This document shows, in pieces, positions 35,643 to 47,948 of a DNA stretch of 64,000 nucleotides. Every line of letters begins with the position of its first letter. The stretch's first letter is position 1. The DNA is from Plasmodiophora brassicae. Taxonomy: Eukaryota. The DNA lies in assembly GCA_036867785.1 (NCBI GenBank), contig CP145421.1, forward strand, positions 620,001 through 684,000. Reading direction: 5' to 3'. A model generated the notes under the pieces. The model saw only the letters and a list, made by a program, of their open reading frames with translations. It had not been told where the DNA came from and made no database searches. Position numbers and translations under genes: made by a program.

Positions 35643-37325
35643 ATGCAACTCCACATCCGGCACGATGAGATCATCCTGCTGATCCTGGACTACCTGAAGC
35701 GTCACGGGTGCCCGGAGGCCATGCGCTGCCTGGAGCGCGAGTCGATGCTGACGCTGGAGACGTACGGGCGCGAGGTCGACTTCCTACGCCAGCTGGTCCT
35801 CGACGGCCAGTGGGACGACGCCCATCGCTTCATCGAACCGCTGCGCGATCGGGCGAACTTTGACCATCGCCTCGTCACGTTCGAACTGCGCCGCCAGCGG
35901 TTCCTGGAGCTCGTCGACAGCCAGGATCTGTCGTCCGCCGTCGTCGAGCTCGTCGAGCACCTGAAGGCCCTCGAGGACTCCTGCTCCAAATCGGAGTTCA
36001 ACGCGCTCTGCTACTGCCTCACCGTCGGCAGGCTTCGCGACCACCCCGACTACCGGTTCTGGTCGGTGCACTCGGCACGCCAGCAATGCTTCGAGCGCAT
36101 CCGGACGCAATTCGACGCCATCTACCCGCAGTCGCACGTCGAACGACAACGCGCCGACTCCATGCAGCCGAACCGCCTCGTCACCGCCCTGAAACACTCG
36201 ATCCTGTACCAGCTGTCCCTGGCGGCCAGCAAGTCCGGCACCGCGCCCGCACCCGACCTCACCAGGACCTTCACCGTCCTGCGGGACATTGACGATTCCA
36301 GCCAGAAACCCGACGTCCAACCGGCGTTCGCACCTGAAGAAAGTCCCACGAAGCCGCCCGCCCCGGTGGCATGGGACGTTGGCGACGTCGAAGGCGGCAC
36401 GTCATCGGCGTTCCAGTGCGTATCAACGCTGTCGGACTCGCACGCGGTGCGCTCGATTCGCTTCTCGGCGCAGGCGCGCATGCTGGCGATCGGGTCCGCG
36501 TCGCGTCGCCTGCGCCTGGCGGCGTGCACCGACGACCTGCTGCGCGTCGTGCACGAATACGCTGAGCACCACGCCGGCTCCATCTACGCCATCGACTGGT
36601 CCGCCGATGGGCTCTTCCTGGCCACCGGGTCGAACGACCGGATGGCGCAAGTCGTGCGCGTTGCGGATCTCGGTGCCGGCACGAACTGCACCGCACTTCG
36701 CGGTACGCACCCGGGGACGGTGCGTGCCGTGCGGTTCCGCCCGCGCGCCTCGCATCTGCTGACAGGCGGGTCCGGCGACTTCCACCTGCGGCAATGGGAC
36801 TACCTGGGCGGGTCAGGGGAACCGCTGGCAATGCTGACGGGGCACACGGCGGCCGTGTTCGCGATGGCGGCCAGTGCCGATGGGCAGACGCTGATCTCGG
36901 GCGGTGCGGACCGCACCGTTCGACAGTGGGACCTGCGGTCCGGGACGTGCGTTGCGGTCGTGGACGGTATCGTGGACGCGCCCGTGTCGGATGTGTCGAT
37001 GGACACCATCGCGAGGACGGTGTACGCCGGGTACGCGGATGGGCGTGTCGCGGCGTTCGATCTGGCGACGAGAAGGATGCTGTGGCGCGAGCAGCTGCAC
37101 TCGGACGACTGTCGGTCGGTGAGCCTGTCGCCCGACGACCAGTTGCTCCTGACTGGATCGTTCGACTCGTCGATGGCGATTGTCGACGCGAGGTACGGCG
37201 ACACGTTGCAGAGGATCAAGGAACACACGGGCAAAGTCGTGCAGGTGGAGTGGCACCCGGTCGCGGCTCGGTTCGCCAGCTGTAGTGCCGACCGCACCGT
37301 CAAGCTTTGGAGCTGCCAACGTTAG
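35643..37325 (+). CDS. WDR47: WDR47-like LisH/CTLH + WD40 protein
   Basis: EIILLILDYL..LERES..FLRQLVLDGQWDD..FIEPL; HHAGSIYAIDWS..LATGSNDR; multiple WD repeats. Confidence 0.85.
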   Translation: MQLHIRHDEIILLILDYLKRHGCPEAMRCLERESMLTLETYGREVDFLRQLVLDGQWDDAHRFIEPLRDRANFDHRLVTFELRRQRFLELVDSQDLSSAVVELVEHLKALEDSCSKSEFNALCYCLTVGRLRDHPDYRFWSVHSARQQCFERIRTQFDAIYPQSHVERQRADSMQPNRLVTALKHSILYQLSLAASKSGTAPAPDLTRTFTVLRDIDDSSQKPDVQPAFAPEESPTKPPAPVAWDVGDVEGGTSSAFQCVSTLSDSHAVRSIRFSAQARMLAIGSASRRLRLAACTDDLLRVVHEYAEHHAGSIYAIDWSADGLFLATGSNDRMAQVVRVADLGAGTNCTALRGTHPGTVRAVRFRPRASHLLTGGSGDFHLRQWDYLGGSGEPLAMLTGHTAAVFAMAASADGQTLISGGADRTVRQWDLRSGTCVAVVDGIVDAPVSDVSMDTIARTVYAGYADGRVAAFDLATRRMLWREQLHSDDCRSVSLSPDDQLLLTGSFDSSMAIVDARYGDTLQRIKEHTGKVVQVEWHPVAARFASCSADRTVKLWSCQR

Positions 37326-37464
37326 CAGTGCCGATCTCGGCGTGTCTCCAACGATAACTGCAGGCCCATACCAGCAGCATACACTCGGACGGTTATGGGC
37401 TTATGGCTTACGCAGCGAAGGGCGAAGTGCGTGGTTCAACCGCAGACGCTGGAAAAAAATATAC

Positions 37465-37549
37465 TGCGTTCGGCAGGATTCGAACCTGCGCCCCCCGAAG
37501 AAGACTAGAACCTGAATCTAGCGCCTTGGACCAACTCGGCCACGAACGC
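37465..37549 (-). tRNA. tRNA-Leu(CAG), long variable arm
   Basis: Acceptor stem GCGTTCG/CGAACGC + discriminator A; anticodon arm CTAGA-TTCAGGT-TCTAG; T-loop GGTTCGAATCC; downstream T7 Pol III terminator. Confidence 0.96.
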
Positions 37550-38267
37550 CGCATGTGCCAGCTTGATATTTTCTGCGGCCAAACCCCAAAACGAAATGGG
37601 AAAAACAAACATGTTCGCGGTGTATTCGACGTAACTGACCACAGTTCGCGACCTGCTAATTCTTGGACACGGTAGACGGATGCCGGTGTCGCAAGGCAAG
37701 CGTGATAACGATCGCCGTGATGCCTGCCAGAAGAGAGGCAACCGTCACGCATCGGCTAGCCATCGTCGTTGGGACAACGTGGCAGAGTGCGCCTCTGACC
37801 TACAACCCAGCATTTCATCAACGCCATGAACTCCAAGCACATGACCACACGCCGTACTTTGTTGTACAGTCGTTGCCGACCGCCCTGCTTCTCAGTCGAC
37901 TCGGCATCGTCGGCCTATCCAAAGCTGAGCCTCACATTCTCGTTGGACTCCAACGCACCACCCGCCTTGAGGTCTCCACGGCGGCCTCCTTCACCCGCTG
38001 GTGGGTCGACCGCTGACGAGCGCACCTCCGCCATTTGGCCAAATGCGCCAGGTTCATCCAGGTTCGCACCCGGCCCATCGTCCGAGTACCGTTCATCGGA
38101 TTCGGTTTCCCGACCCGACCAACTGTGCAGGCAGGCATGTGGCCCAGCGTAACGTCGTACTTATCGTAGGTTGTATCCAGTGTGGGTCGCAAAAATAGGC
38201 TAGACTAGATTAGACAAATGGCAGTGTGTATTGACGGGGGTCAGCAGGACACCGTCGTGGCCGCAGA

Positions 38268-40327
38268 ATGGTACGACCGATCGCGTGCAGGTTCAGTCGG
38301 TGGAGGCATTGACGGGCGCGCGTCGTGCAGTTGCAGCGGAAGGTAGAGCATGTGCTGGCGTGCGACCACTCGTCGGCGCCGATGGTCGCGTCCCTGCGCG
38401 AACTGTCCACGTTCTTCGACGAGAACTCGCTGCAGAACCGGCGCAACCTAGGCCGGATTATCGAACGACGCAGCATGGAGCAGAACATGGCATTCATTGA
38501 TGCGTTCGACGTTGTTGCCGATAAGCTCGATGCCATGCGCACCTGCATCGATGGCCTGCAGGCGGCGTGCGCTTCGTTGCACGCTGACGCGCACGCCGCC
38601 AAGGTCAAGAGCGCCGCGCTCATGTCGAGCACTACTCAGCTTAGCGAGGAACGCGCCGTTATCGACGTGCAGAGCCGTGTCGCGGACGAATTCGTGCGAA
38701 CGTATCAGCTGTCGGCCGCTGATGAAGAGTCGCTGGCCAGCGGCGTCATCAACGACGCGTTCTTCGAGGCCATCGACCACATCCATCACATTCGTAACCA
38801 GAGCAAGGATTTGCTGTCGAGGTACAACCAGCGCGCCGGGCTGGACATCATGGACAACATGGCGGTGCGGCTGGAGGCGGCGCTCGACACGGTCTGTCGG
38901 GCGACTTTGATGGCGTGCCGAGCGCTTACCGACGCCAATCCCGATGTCGGCAATGTCCTGCATAAGTCGTTGAAGGTGCTGCGTCAGCGACCGGCGTACT
39001 TTAACCACTGCGTCCAAGAGATTACGTCAACGCGGCGAGGGACGCTGGTCCAGCGGTTCGCAGATGCGTTGACAAGGGGTGGCCCGAACGGCATGCCGAA
39101 ACCGATCGAGATCCATGCGCACGACTCGTTGCGTTATACGAGCGACATGCTGGCCTGGATCCATCAGGCGGTCGCGTCGGAGCGAGATCTGGCCACCGCC
39201 TTGTACGACACGAAACGTAGCCCGGACCGGCGACGGCGCTCGTCATCGGATCTGTTCAAGGAGCAGTCGGCGGAAGTTCGAAGTCATCTGGACGCTGTGT
39301 TCGATGGCCTGGCCAGGCCGCTTCGCGTTCGGGTCGCGCAGGCGTTCCAGGCGGAACCCGACGACGTCATCGTGTTCCAGATCTCGACGCTCCTGAAGTT
39401 CTACCACCGAGTCATGTCACAGCTCCTATCGCCTGACTCGTCGTTCGCGTCGTTGCTGTCGGGCCTCCAGTCTGACGCGTACTCGCATTTCTTCTGTAAG
39501 GCGGGCTGGATTGCCGTCGTCAACAATGGCCTGACGCTGTTGGACAGCCCTGCTCGAGCGGGATTCCGAGCGTCTCCAGTCGTCGTCGCCAGCCGTCACC
39601 GGACAACTTCGCACGCCCGACGTTGTCCTCGTGGCGCTGGAGAGATTGACGCTCGTGATGAAGAACTACAGCGCGACGCTGGAGCCGAGTGAAGACGAGT
39701 TCAACGCCGTCCTTGCTGCGTTCATCGACCCCATTCTTCAGCTGTGTGCGGTGACCGCCGCCAATCTAAACACGTCGGACAAAGCCGTGTTCCACCTGAA
39801 CGTGCTGACCAGGCTCCAAGCCGCGCTGCGCCCGTTCCCCTTCACGTCCATGCGGATCGATATGATATCGGCGTCCCAGGCGACGTATATGCAGACGCTG
39901 ATTCAGGATCAGGCGGCCGTCCTGCTTCGGTCGGCGGGCATTGCCGACCTGATCCGGAAGATCGAAGAAAGCAGGGCATCGGGCACGCCGCTGTCCCATG
40001 TCGAAGGCATGAGCGCAGCATCGTTGGCGTCCACGATGAAGGCGTTCTACAAGACGCTGTTTTCTCTGGGAACGCTGGCGTTGCCGCAGTGTGATCACCT
40101 TGTTCTGCCACAGCTGAGGATTGCGGTACGCGGGCATGTACGAATGACGTATGACTGGTCGATGACACCTGCTCTAGGCAAGAGACGGCGTCGCACAGGT
40201 GGTCTCTGGCGCGTACACCGTTTTGTATGACGCGATACGTGATCCAGCGAACCAGTACCCTGATCCGGAGGCCATACTGCAGCACTCCCCAGGGCAAGTA
40301 TCGACGCTGCTCGACACCAATGAATGA
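38268..40327 (+). CDS. COG6: Conserved oligomeric Golgi complex subunit 6
   Basis: LRELSTFF.ENS..NRRNL, FADALTRGGPNGMPKPIEIHAHDSLRYTSDMLAWIHQ, RPLRVRV; start exon uncertain. Confidence 0.93.
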
Positions 40328-40715
40328 ATGATATGATACACGTGCGACACCATGGGCACCAGGTGCACGTATTGTCGCATGGATCCGGAATGAAGAGAGG
40401 TCAACGCTGGCGGTTGGACAGACCTCGTACTTCGCAGAGCGCTGCGTCGTGCTGGCCACTGCTGCATATATTCACGCGCAGTGCCTTTGCTCAATGGCGC
40501 CGCTCACATACTAACGATCGAAACAAACAAACGTCATGTCGTCAATGAGACCGAAACGACTACGCGCCGAGAGGTTGACTTTACTCACCGTGTGAAGACT
40601 GTGGAAACTGGAAAGGCCGCTCTTCGTTCGGGCCTGTTTGCCGTCCCATGTAGCGAACTGGAGGTGCGCTGCAGTGGTCACGGACGCCGTGGCGGAGTTC
40701 CACAATTCGAACGCC

Positions 40716-41863
40716 ATGGACGCTTACAAACCCGGCGAGCTGAGTCTGCTCCTGGATCCAACCTCAGAACCAGTCGTTTGCGATACGACATGCGCTGAGG
40801 TGATGCCGAAACAGGAGGCATCGTCATCGGACCAGAAACGCAAGCTGGCCGTGACCACAACTGTGGATCGGGCTCCAAAGAAGGCTCGAACGCATGACCA
40901 TGACGACCGGAACGAGAGAACAGTTTTCATCGGCAACGTTGACGTCAGCTCGACGGCGCAGACCATCCGCAAGTTGCTCGGATGCAAAGTCGAGTCGGTT
41001 CGCTTCCGATCGGCAGCGTTCTCTGATCCCAAGCTGCCCAAGCGTGCTGCCTTCATTACAAAACAGGTTCGAGTACTGACGCATGCACCGGGAAAGGCTT
41101 AGAGTTTGACCAACTGCGAACAGTTCCATGATTCTCGGCCAACAATGAATTGCTACGCTGTGCTGTCCGACGTTGCATCTGTGGAGCGCTGTCTCGCTCT
41201 TAATGGGACGAAAGTGGACGGCCACACGATTCGCGTCGATCGTGTGGGCTCATATTCACTTCAACATGATGATAAGCGATGCGTGTTCGTCGGTACGTAC
41301 TCGCTTCCTCCTATCGGGCAAGCGCTTCGCTGACCGCTGGCAACAGGCAACCTGCCATTTGACATTGCGGAAGACGAATTGTTTGACCTGTTCTCCGTGT
41401 GTGGCCCCATTGAATTCGTACGGTGCATTCGCGACCGCGCTTCCAACGTTGGGAAAGGTGCGTTCTTGGCATGGCTGTTAGCGTTCTTTACTGTCGTTCT
41501 AACTGTCCTCCGCTCGTAGGGTTTGCTTTTGTCCAAATGAAAGTCGCTAAGGACGTCAAGCCTGCCCTCGCGTTTCACGAGACCACATTCAGGAACAGGG
41601 CTTTACGCGTATTCCGCGCCAGCGACCAGAAGGCGAAATCCGGTGCCGCCCGTCGCATCGCCGGGAAGATCAAGCCCGGCAAACAATCGCTCAAGAAAGC
41701 GCAACGCTCTGCGCCGGGTCCCCGGTCGGCGCCCTTCGAAGGCGCCCGCGCCGTCGCCGCGACGAAGAAGCGCAGCGTCAAGAAACGCGCGACCGACAAG
41801 AAGACGAGACGCACGCGGCCGCCTGCCGATGCGGGGCGCTCGAAGAAAATGAAACGCTCATGA
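40716..41863 (+). CDS. RBM34: RBM34/Nop12-like nucleolar two-RRM protein
   Basis: ERTVFIGNV..VESVRFRS; GHTIRVD..RCVFVGNLPFD; basic tail with FEGARA. Confidence 0.9.
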
Positions 41864-41875
41864 TTGCCCTGCTGT

Positions 41876-42012
41876 TGCAGTTGCCCAGTCCACGTTACGT
41901 GTGTGCGCCACTGCAGGCTGCAGCTGCCCAGTCCACGTTACGTGTGTGCGTCACTGCAGCTGCAGCTGTCCAGTCCACGTTACGTGTGTGCGCCACTGCA
42001 GCTGCAACTGTC
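41876..42012. repeat. Three tandem copies of a 42-43 bp unit (core CAGTCCACGTTACGTGTGTGCG)
   Basis: Core recurs at 41886, 41929 and 41971. Confidence 0.93.
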
Positions 42013-42070
42013 ACTGGGGAGCGACGCGCGGGAACAGCGCGCCGTTCGGGTTATTGGTGTGCGGGGCGTG

Positions 42071-43487
42071 ATGGAGAGCGTCATGGTGCCGGCCGGCGCC
42101 GCTGGCCGGTACGTCGGGCTGCTGAACGTGGCAGGTGCGGGGCCGTTCCCGATCGAGGTCGACATGGGCGGCGGCAGGCTGCAGTGCGACCCGAGGCTGG
42201 CCGGTGTGCTGTCCTCGCACGTCGGCGTCGTGCGGCAGCGGCTGGCCAGCGCCCGAGGCGATATCGCCGCGTTCATGACGGATCTGCAGGATATCGTTGT
42301 GCGTTTCACCTGCGAAACGTCCTGCTCGTTTGCTGGGCTGACTCGTGCCATCGCCAGGCTCGTGTGATGATGTGCGCGCCCGAGAAGCATGCCGTCGCGA
42401 CAGCTCCCACTATCGGTTATTACGAGCGCGTCGTCCGCGATATCGAACGTGTCGGATGGGAGCGCATCGGTCAGCCTTCTGCCACGAGTCAGCGCTGTCT
42501 CCCTTGTGTCTCACCCGCTGCGCCTCCGTAGTTGACGTCGACCGGTCGCTTCTGTCGCTGACAATCCGGATCATGTACACCGGCGCATGTCCTGCGTCCT
42601 ATGCCCTGTCTGACGTCGTGTCACCAGGGATCAGGCGTCTCGAGAACACGAGTTCGTCGTTCGATTGACGCCGGACTATCCGGCAACCGGCCCCGAATGT
42701 GTCGTTGATGTCCCCGGCGACGTCGAAATACCATGGTCGGCGCAGTCATCCCTTCTGGACGTCGTCCAGAACGTCGAGAAGGTGGGCAATGATGGTGGTA
42801 GGTGGCTGCAACGTTGGCGCCTGGCCTGAAACCTCGGTACTGCAGATTATCGGACAGTTCGATTCGTTCTGGAGCGTGCTCGAGGACATTGATGCGCACT
42901 GCTGGGTCATTGAGCCCGATCACGCCACAAGGGCGTCGAGATCGCGACGAATCGCCATCGGACAGCATTGTTCCATATTGGTGGACATTGAACCCGAGTC
43001 TCCGTTTCGCGTGTGCGATTGTCGATTTCTTGGTGCGCACGACGTATCGTTTGTTCCGTACCAGCAGCTGACTGGGTACCCCAGGTGCCGAATCAGTCGT
43101 CAACCCGTTGCGGGAGAGATTGAATCGCGACCTGGACCGCTGGGACACGTCCAGAATGCCTCGCGTGAACCTGGAACGCATCCTGAGCATTTCGTTCCCT
43201 GGGAAACCCGCTCCCGGGGCGCAAGACGAATTCCAGCTGGAATGCGGCATCTGTTACTCGGTGTCTCGCGACGGGGTATGTGTGCATGGCCTACACCGTC
43301 TGGTTCGTTCCCAACACTTGCGTAGGTCGTCGCCGATCGCGTCTGTGAAGACGCACGATGCGGGCGCCCATTCCACAACCAATGCCTGTTCGAGTGGCTG
43401 CAATCGATTCCAAGCAGCCGGCAGTCGTTCAGCACCCTGTTCGGCGCCTGCCCGTACTGCTCGGCGCCGCTGTCAGCAACTGCCTGA
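42071..43487 (+). CDS. FANCL: E3 ubiquitin ligase FANCL
   Basis: IERVGWE, FWSVLEDID..CWVIEP, RRIAIG, ECGICYS..C...CGRPFHNQCLFEWL..RQSFSTLFGACPYC. Confidence 0.94.
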
Positions 43488-43600
43488 CACGTCCAGGCAT
43501 ACAGCTCCCAGCCCTTTATTATCAAACGAAGATTCGAACGCACCGTGCGGCAGGCATTGCCATTCGTGGACATCGGCGGCATCGAGCGCGCTCTAGGGCG

Positions 43601-44578
43601 CTATGCCTCCTCCGACACCTCTAGCACCGTGCCGGCGCCGAGCGCCTTGGCGCGAACCTGGCCCGCGCGAACGTTGCGGAAGTCCATCATCGCCAGGGAA
43701 ATCAGGACCGGAAACCCGAGCACGGCAACGATGCCGTTGAGGAGCAGGGCGGCCATGGCCGTCCTGTCGGCGCTGTCCTTGTACTCAATGGCGACAAACT
43801 GGAAGAATTGCAGGACGCAGATCGCGAAGACGGCCAGCGTGACCCCAAACACGCTGCCGAGTATCCTGCGGCCGGGCGTGTCGACGTAGCGCATGAACGC
43901 GACGAAGGTGATGGCGCCGATAAAGATGATGCCAATCCAGGCCAGGCTGAACTGCTCGGTGCTGAGCAGGCCCGGCAACGACGCCGCGATAAAGTTCATG
44001 ACCGCGGCGCCGAGCAGGGCCAGGCAGAACAAGGCGAGCAGGGAGATCTCCGCGCCCCGGTTCTTGAACATCCAGACGTTGCCCGCCGCCAGTTGCGCCG
44101 CTTCCGGCTTCGCCAGGATGAACGCGTAGACGAACGTGCCGCCGAACGACAAGCCAGACAGCATGGCGCTGAGGACGGACACGCCCGCGTCCGTTGCCGA
44201 CCCCAGCTGGAACCAGAACGTGGCCTGCGCCAACAGGAACAGGCTCAGCGGGACGCTGTACCCGAGCAGGGCGCCGTGCCAGAAGTCGTGCTTCGTGGTC
44301 GCCCAGGTCTCGCCGACGAAGACCGTCATGGAGAGCAGGCCGTACGTGGCGACGATCGCGGCAAAGATGGCCATCTGGACGCGGGCGAACCCAATGTCCC
44401 CCATGGTCAGCGCCGGGTTCACGCTCGGGAACGTGGCGATCGCCACAATGATGAACAGCGTCAGCAGCCCGGCAACGGAGATCGTGGTGCCGCCGAACAC
44501 CTGCGTCGTCGTCACGCATCGGTCCTGCCAGTCCTTCGCCGATATGCGGGCGGTGCCGCCTCCCAGGATCGACGTCAT
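43601..44578 (-). CDS. Intronless multi-pass membrane protein of unknown function (about 8 hydrophobic segments)
   Basis: 325-aa ORF with repeated long hydrophobic stretches; no family recognised. Confidence 0.8.
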   Translation of the reverse strand: MTSILGGGTARISAKDWQDRCVTTTQVFGGTTISVAGLLTLFIIVAIATFPSVNPALTMGDIGFARVQMAIFAAIVATYGLLSMTVFVGETWATTKHDFWHGALLGYSVPLSLFLLAQATFWFQLGSATDAGVSVLSAMLSGLSFGGTFVYAFILAKPEAAQLAAGNVWMFKNRGAEISLLALFCLALLGAAVMNFIAASLPGLLSTEQFSLAWIGIIFIGAITFVAFMRYVDTPGRRILGSVFGVTLAVFAICVLQFFQFVAIEYKDSADRTAMAALLLNGIVAVLGFPVLISLAMMDFRNVRAGQVRAKALGAGTVLEVSEEA

Positions 44579-44721
44579 CTTCCACTATGCGCGATCGTTT
44601 CGGTCGGCCGAGCCGTGCGTCTCCGATCCGTCCGGATCCTCCGACGCGCGCGATTCATGGGCATGGCACCACCGCGGGTGTATCGATAGGTATCTGTAGT
44701 AGAGGGAAGCCACCCGCACCG

Positions 44722-46487
44722 TTACCTGAACGATGTGTCGCTGGTTCCGGGCTGGGTGCCGCCCTCGTGCTCGCGTTCACCGAACAGCGGACGACGCCTC
44801 CGGAAGGACAGGGCCCGTGTTCCAGGGCGTTCCGTGCCGGCATCGGGCTGATCATCCGCGTCGGAGGCCTGCGACGACGCGTCAACGGATTCCTCGCTGC
44901 GGCCGAACGTGCTGCTCCTCGCTGGGGACTCGGCGCGCTCCAACAGCCTGATTCGCGACAGCGGGCGCGGGGACGACGGGTCGACGCCGGACGCGGCCGA
45001 CAGCGCCCTCCTGTAGCTGCGAACGTCGCCCTGGTTGGCGTACGCCGTCGCCAGCAGCAGCAGCGTCTTCGACATGTACTCGGTAAACGGCTCCTGCAGA
45101 GGCGACCGCGAGTAAATCACCCTACGTACACGCATCCGAGGTCGTCAGCGCGACACACACACACACACACAGGGGCACCGGTGGCGAACCTCAGCGACGT
45201 CTGCAGGGCGAGGACGGCGCGGCTCGGCCGCTGGACGTGCAGGTACATGTGGGCCAAGGCGGCCTGGTTGGCGCAGAACGACTCCACGTAGGCGTCCTCG
45301 CGATAGATCACGTCGACGGAGAACTGCCGGGCGATGCCCTCGCAGTGGGCGATCAGCAGCATCGCCCAGCGCGACGACGACGACGACGACGACGACGCGG
45401 CGTGCCCCGCCCAGCAGACCTGGACGGCGCGGGCGGCCTGCGCCAGCGTCTCGATCGGCAGGTCCCTCTGCAGGCAGGCGCGGGCGCAGCGCGCCATGCT
45501 GAAGCAGGCGCCGGGCACGTACCCGGCGCAGGTCGACACGACATGGACGCTCTGCATCGGGGCGATGTCCTGCCGGATCACGTCGCCCGCCTCGTCGATG
45601 CATCGCGCCAGCGCTTCCGGCAGCGGGTCGCTGAGCGCCGCCATGATGCGCGCCGACCGCCGCATGGACGGCGACATCCAGTTCCAGGCGAGCGTCCAGG
45701 GGTCCTGCCCGTTCGACAGCTCGCCGATCGCCTCCGCCCCGATCTGCTTCGCCACGCCCCGCATCAGCTGGACGACCTCGATCGTCAGCGGCCGTTTAGC
45801 CCGGCGCGCGATCGCCTCCCGGTCGTCGGCGGACGGCACCGCGTCGTCGAGGAACGCGACGGCCGCGTCGTCGTTCAGGTTCGAGCAGCAGTGCGCCTCG
45901 CTGAACAGGTCGAGGACGGCGGCCGGGACGTGGTCGCGCGTCATCACGATCACCGTGCAGTGCTGGCGCCCGTCGCAGACGCGCCTGACGATGCGCTCGT
46001 CGCTCGCCCGGAACCGATCCAGGACGACGACGGCGTTCGCGCCGGCCGCGTCCAGGAACCGCAGGAACCGGGCGAACACCTGCTCGAACGTCTCCCTGTC
46101 GGTCGCGCCGTCGTCCAGGATCGCCTCGATGTCGTGCCGCATCGTCGCCTCGTCCGTCATATCGACGCGATAGACGGCGTCGAACGCGCCGCGTTCCACG
46201 ATGCCGTCGACGAGGAACGACTTCCCGGACCCGGGGCCGCCCTCGACCAGGGTGGCCGGGGCGCGCGACGCCCGCTCGACGTACGGCAGCGTCGTACGGA
46301 CGTGGGCGCCGGCGCTCGCCAGGGCGGGCGGCACCGCCCGACGACGGCGACGCGGGCCCAGGCAGGGCAGCAGGCGGCGGACGACGTCGATAGCCATCGG
46401 CCAGACCGTGCACAGGAACAGTGCGCCGCCGCCTAGAATTGCAGACGGAACGCGCCGGTACAGCGCCGCCGCCGCCGCCCCGACCAT
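44722..46487 (-). CDS. STAND/NB-ARC-like P-loop NTPase with N-terminal hydrophobic segment and TPR-like C-terminus
   Basis: Walker A GGPGSGKS, Walker B VVVLD, sensor IVMTR, GxP-like KRPLTI; helical repeats LAHMYLHVQR..A and LLATAYANQGD; one intron with a (CA)n tract near 45.12-45.17 kb. Confidence 0.65.
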
Positions 46488-46950
46488 GGCCGCTGCTGCT
46501 GCTGGTGCTGCTGGTGGTGGTAGCGGTCCCAACCCCTTCGAGAAGACACCCGCCGCTTCAGCGCCAGCCTCAGCAGAACGCGCCCATGTTTTGTCTGTCA
46601 CTGTCACTGGATGTGGGGGGAGGGGGTGCGCGCGCGCCCGCCTCGAACGTTTTGAACAAATTTCAGCCCCCCGTCGTCGTGGTCGGGGCGTTACCCGTTC
46701 GGGCGCGCACAGCTGTGTCCGGCCGCCCGCGCGTGTCTGCAACGACGGCAACGGCACCTGGCGATGGCAGCGCAGCGCGCGCCGTCCACGATCGAATCAA
46801 GGGTCTTCAACATATGTATAGAAACGATTGGTAGGAAACGGGGAGGGTACATCAGGCTGACAGGGCGAGCGCTCCGCAGGAGACCGCAAACAACGCGGCG
46901 CCAGGCACTGTCGGCAGGGCTTTGGTGGATAGAGAGAGTGGACACAGAAG

Positions 46951-47948
46951 TTAGGGTTCGGTCAGGTCGCGGAGCAATTGCGATAGGTGCCGCTTAGTGA
47001 CCGCCTCGTCCTTCAGGACTTGCGCGAACGTGCTGTCACGAAGCTTGCTGGGGAGGCATTCCCGAAGCGCTTCCCGTGCCCTGAACAGCAATCAGCCAAC
47101 CGGGTTAACCGCGATCCACATATGCGCGCTTACTTGGGATTGACGGCCAGCCGTACATAGCAGTGAATGATGTGCTTCAGGAGGCGAACGGATGGGTGCT
47201 TGATGAGGCTCTCCACCATCAGGCGCAGGACGTCGCTGACGGCGTAGAAGCGGTCCGGCGTCGCACAAATGTAATTCAGGCCGCTCTCGTCCTGCAGGAT
47301 CTTCTGCACAATGAAGGTCGCCACCGTCCGCAGCAGTTCGCTCCCCGTGTTCATGATGCGCAGGCACAACGGAATGATCTCCGTCTGCAACAGGAAGCTG
47401 ATCACGTCGGGGTCGTCCATCTTGACCAGCGCACCGATCACGCCCAGCGACGTAAGCCTTAAATACTCGAACGGCCGCTTCGCGTGCGTCGTGTTCAGGA
47501 ACGGGTACAGGAACAATGGAATATGTGCCATAAGAAAGTGGGCACGGGTGTCCGGATGCGACGCGACGCATTGCAACAACGCCAACGCGTTGCAGCACCG
47601 ATTGGAGGCTTTGGGCGTCAGAGAAAAGACATTGGCGAGTAGCGGGTACACGCTGACGATCTCCTGGAGCAACGCGGCGATGGACCCAACCGAATACCAT
47701 AGGATCGGCGCCAGGTCGGGATACTCCTCGCGCTGCTTCGACAGCGCTAACAGCGCCGCCTCGCGCTTGTCGCTGATCGTCAGGTCCTGGATCAGCGCGC
47801 ACAGCTTCGAGTGCGACGCGGACGGCATGCCGAGCGACACGGCCGACATGCCGAGCACGAGCGGCGTCTGCGACGGCGAGATATGCCCCGGGCCGGCACG
47901 CAGACCCGGCCCCGGCACCTGCTGCTGCTGCTGCTGCTGGTCATGCAT
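46951..47948 (-). CDS. CNOT9: CCR4-NOT subunit 9 (Rcd1/Caf40)
   Basis: [67 protein letters not shown]. Confidence 0.97.

Noticed and set aside
23687-37549. Functional clustering of TFIIIC with a tRNA gene, or of the two LisH/CTLH genes
   Set aside because: Separated by unrelated genes; consistent with chance in a gene-dense genome.
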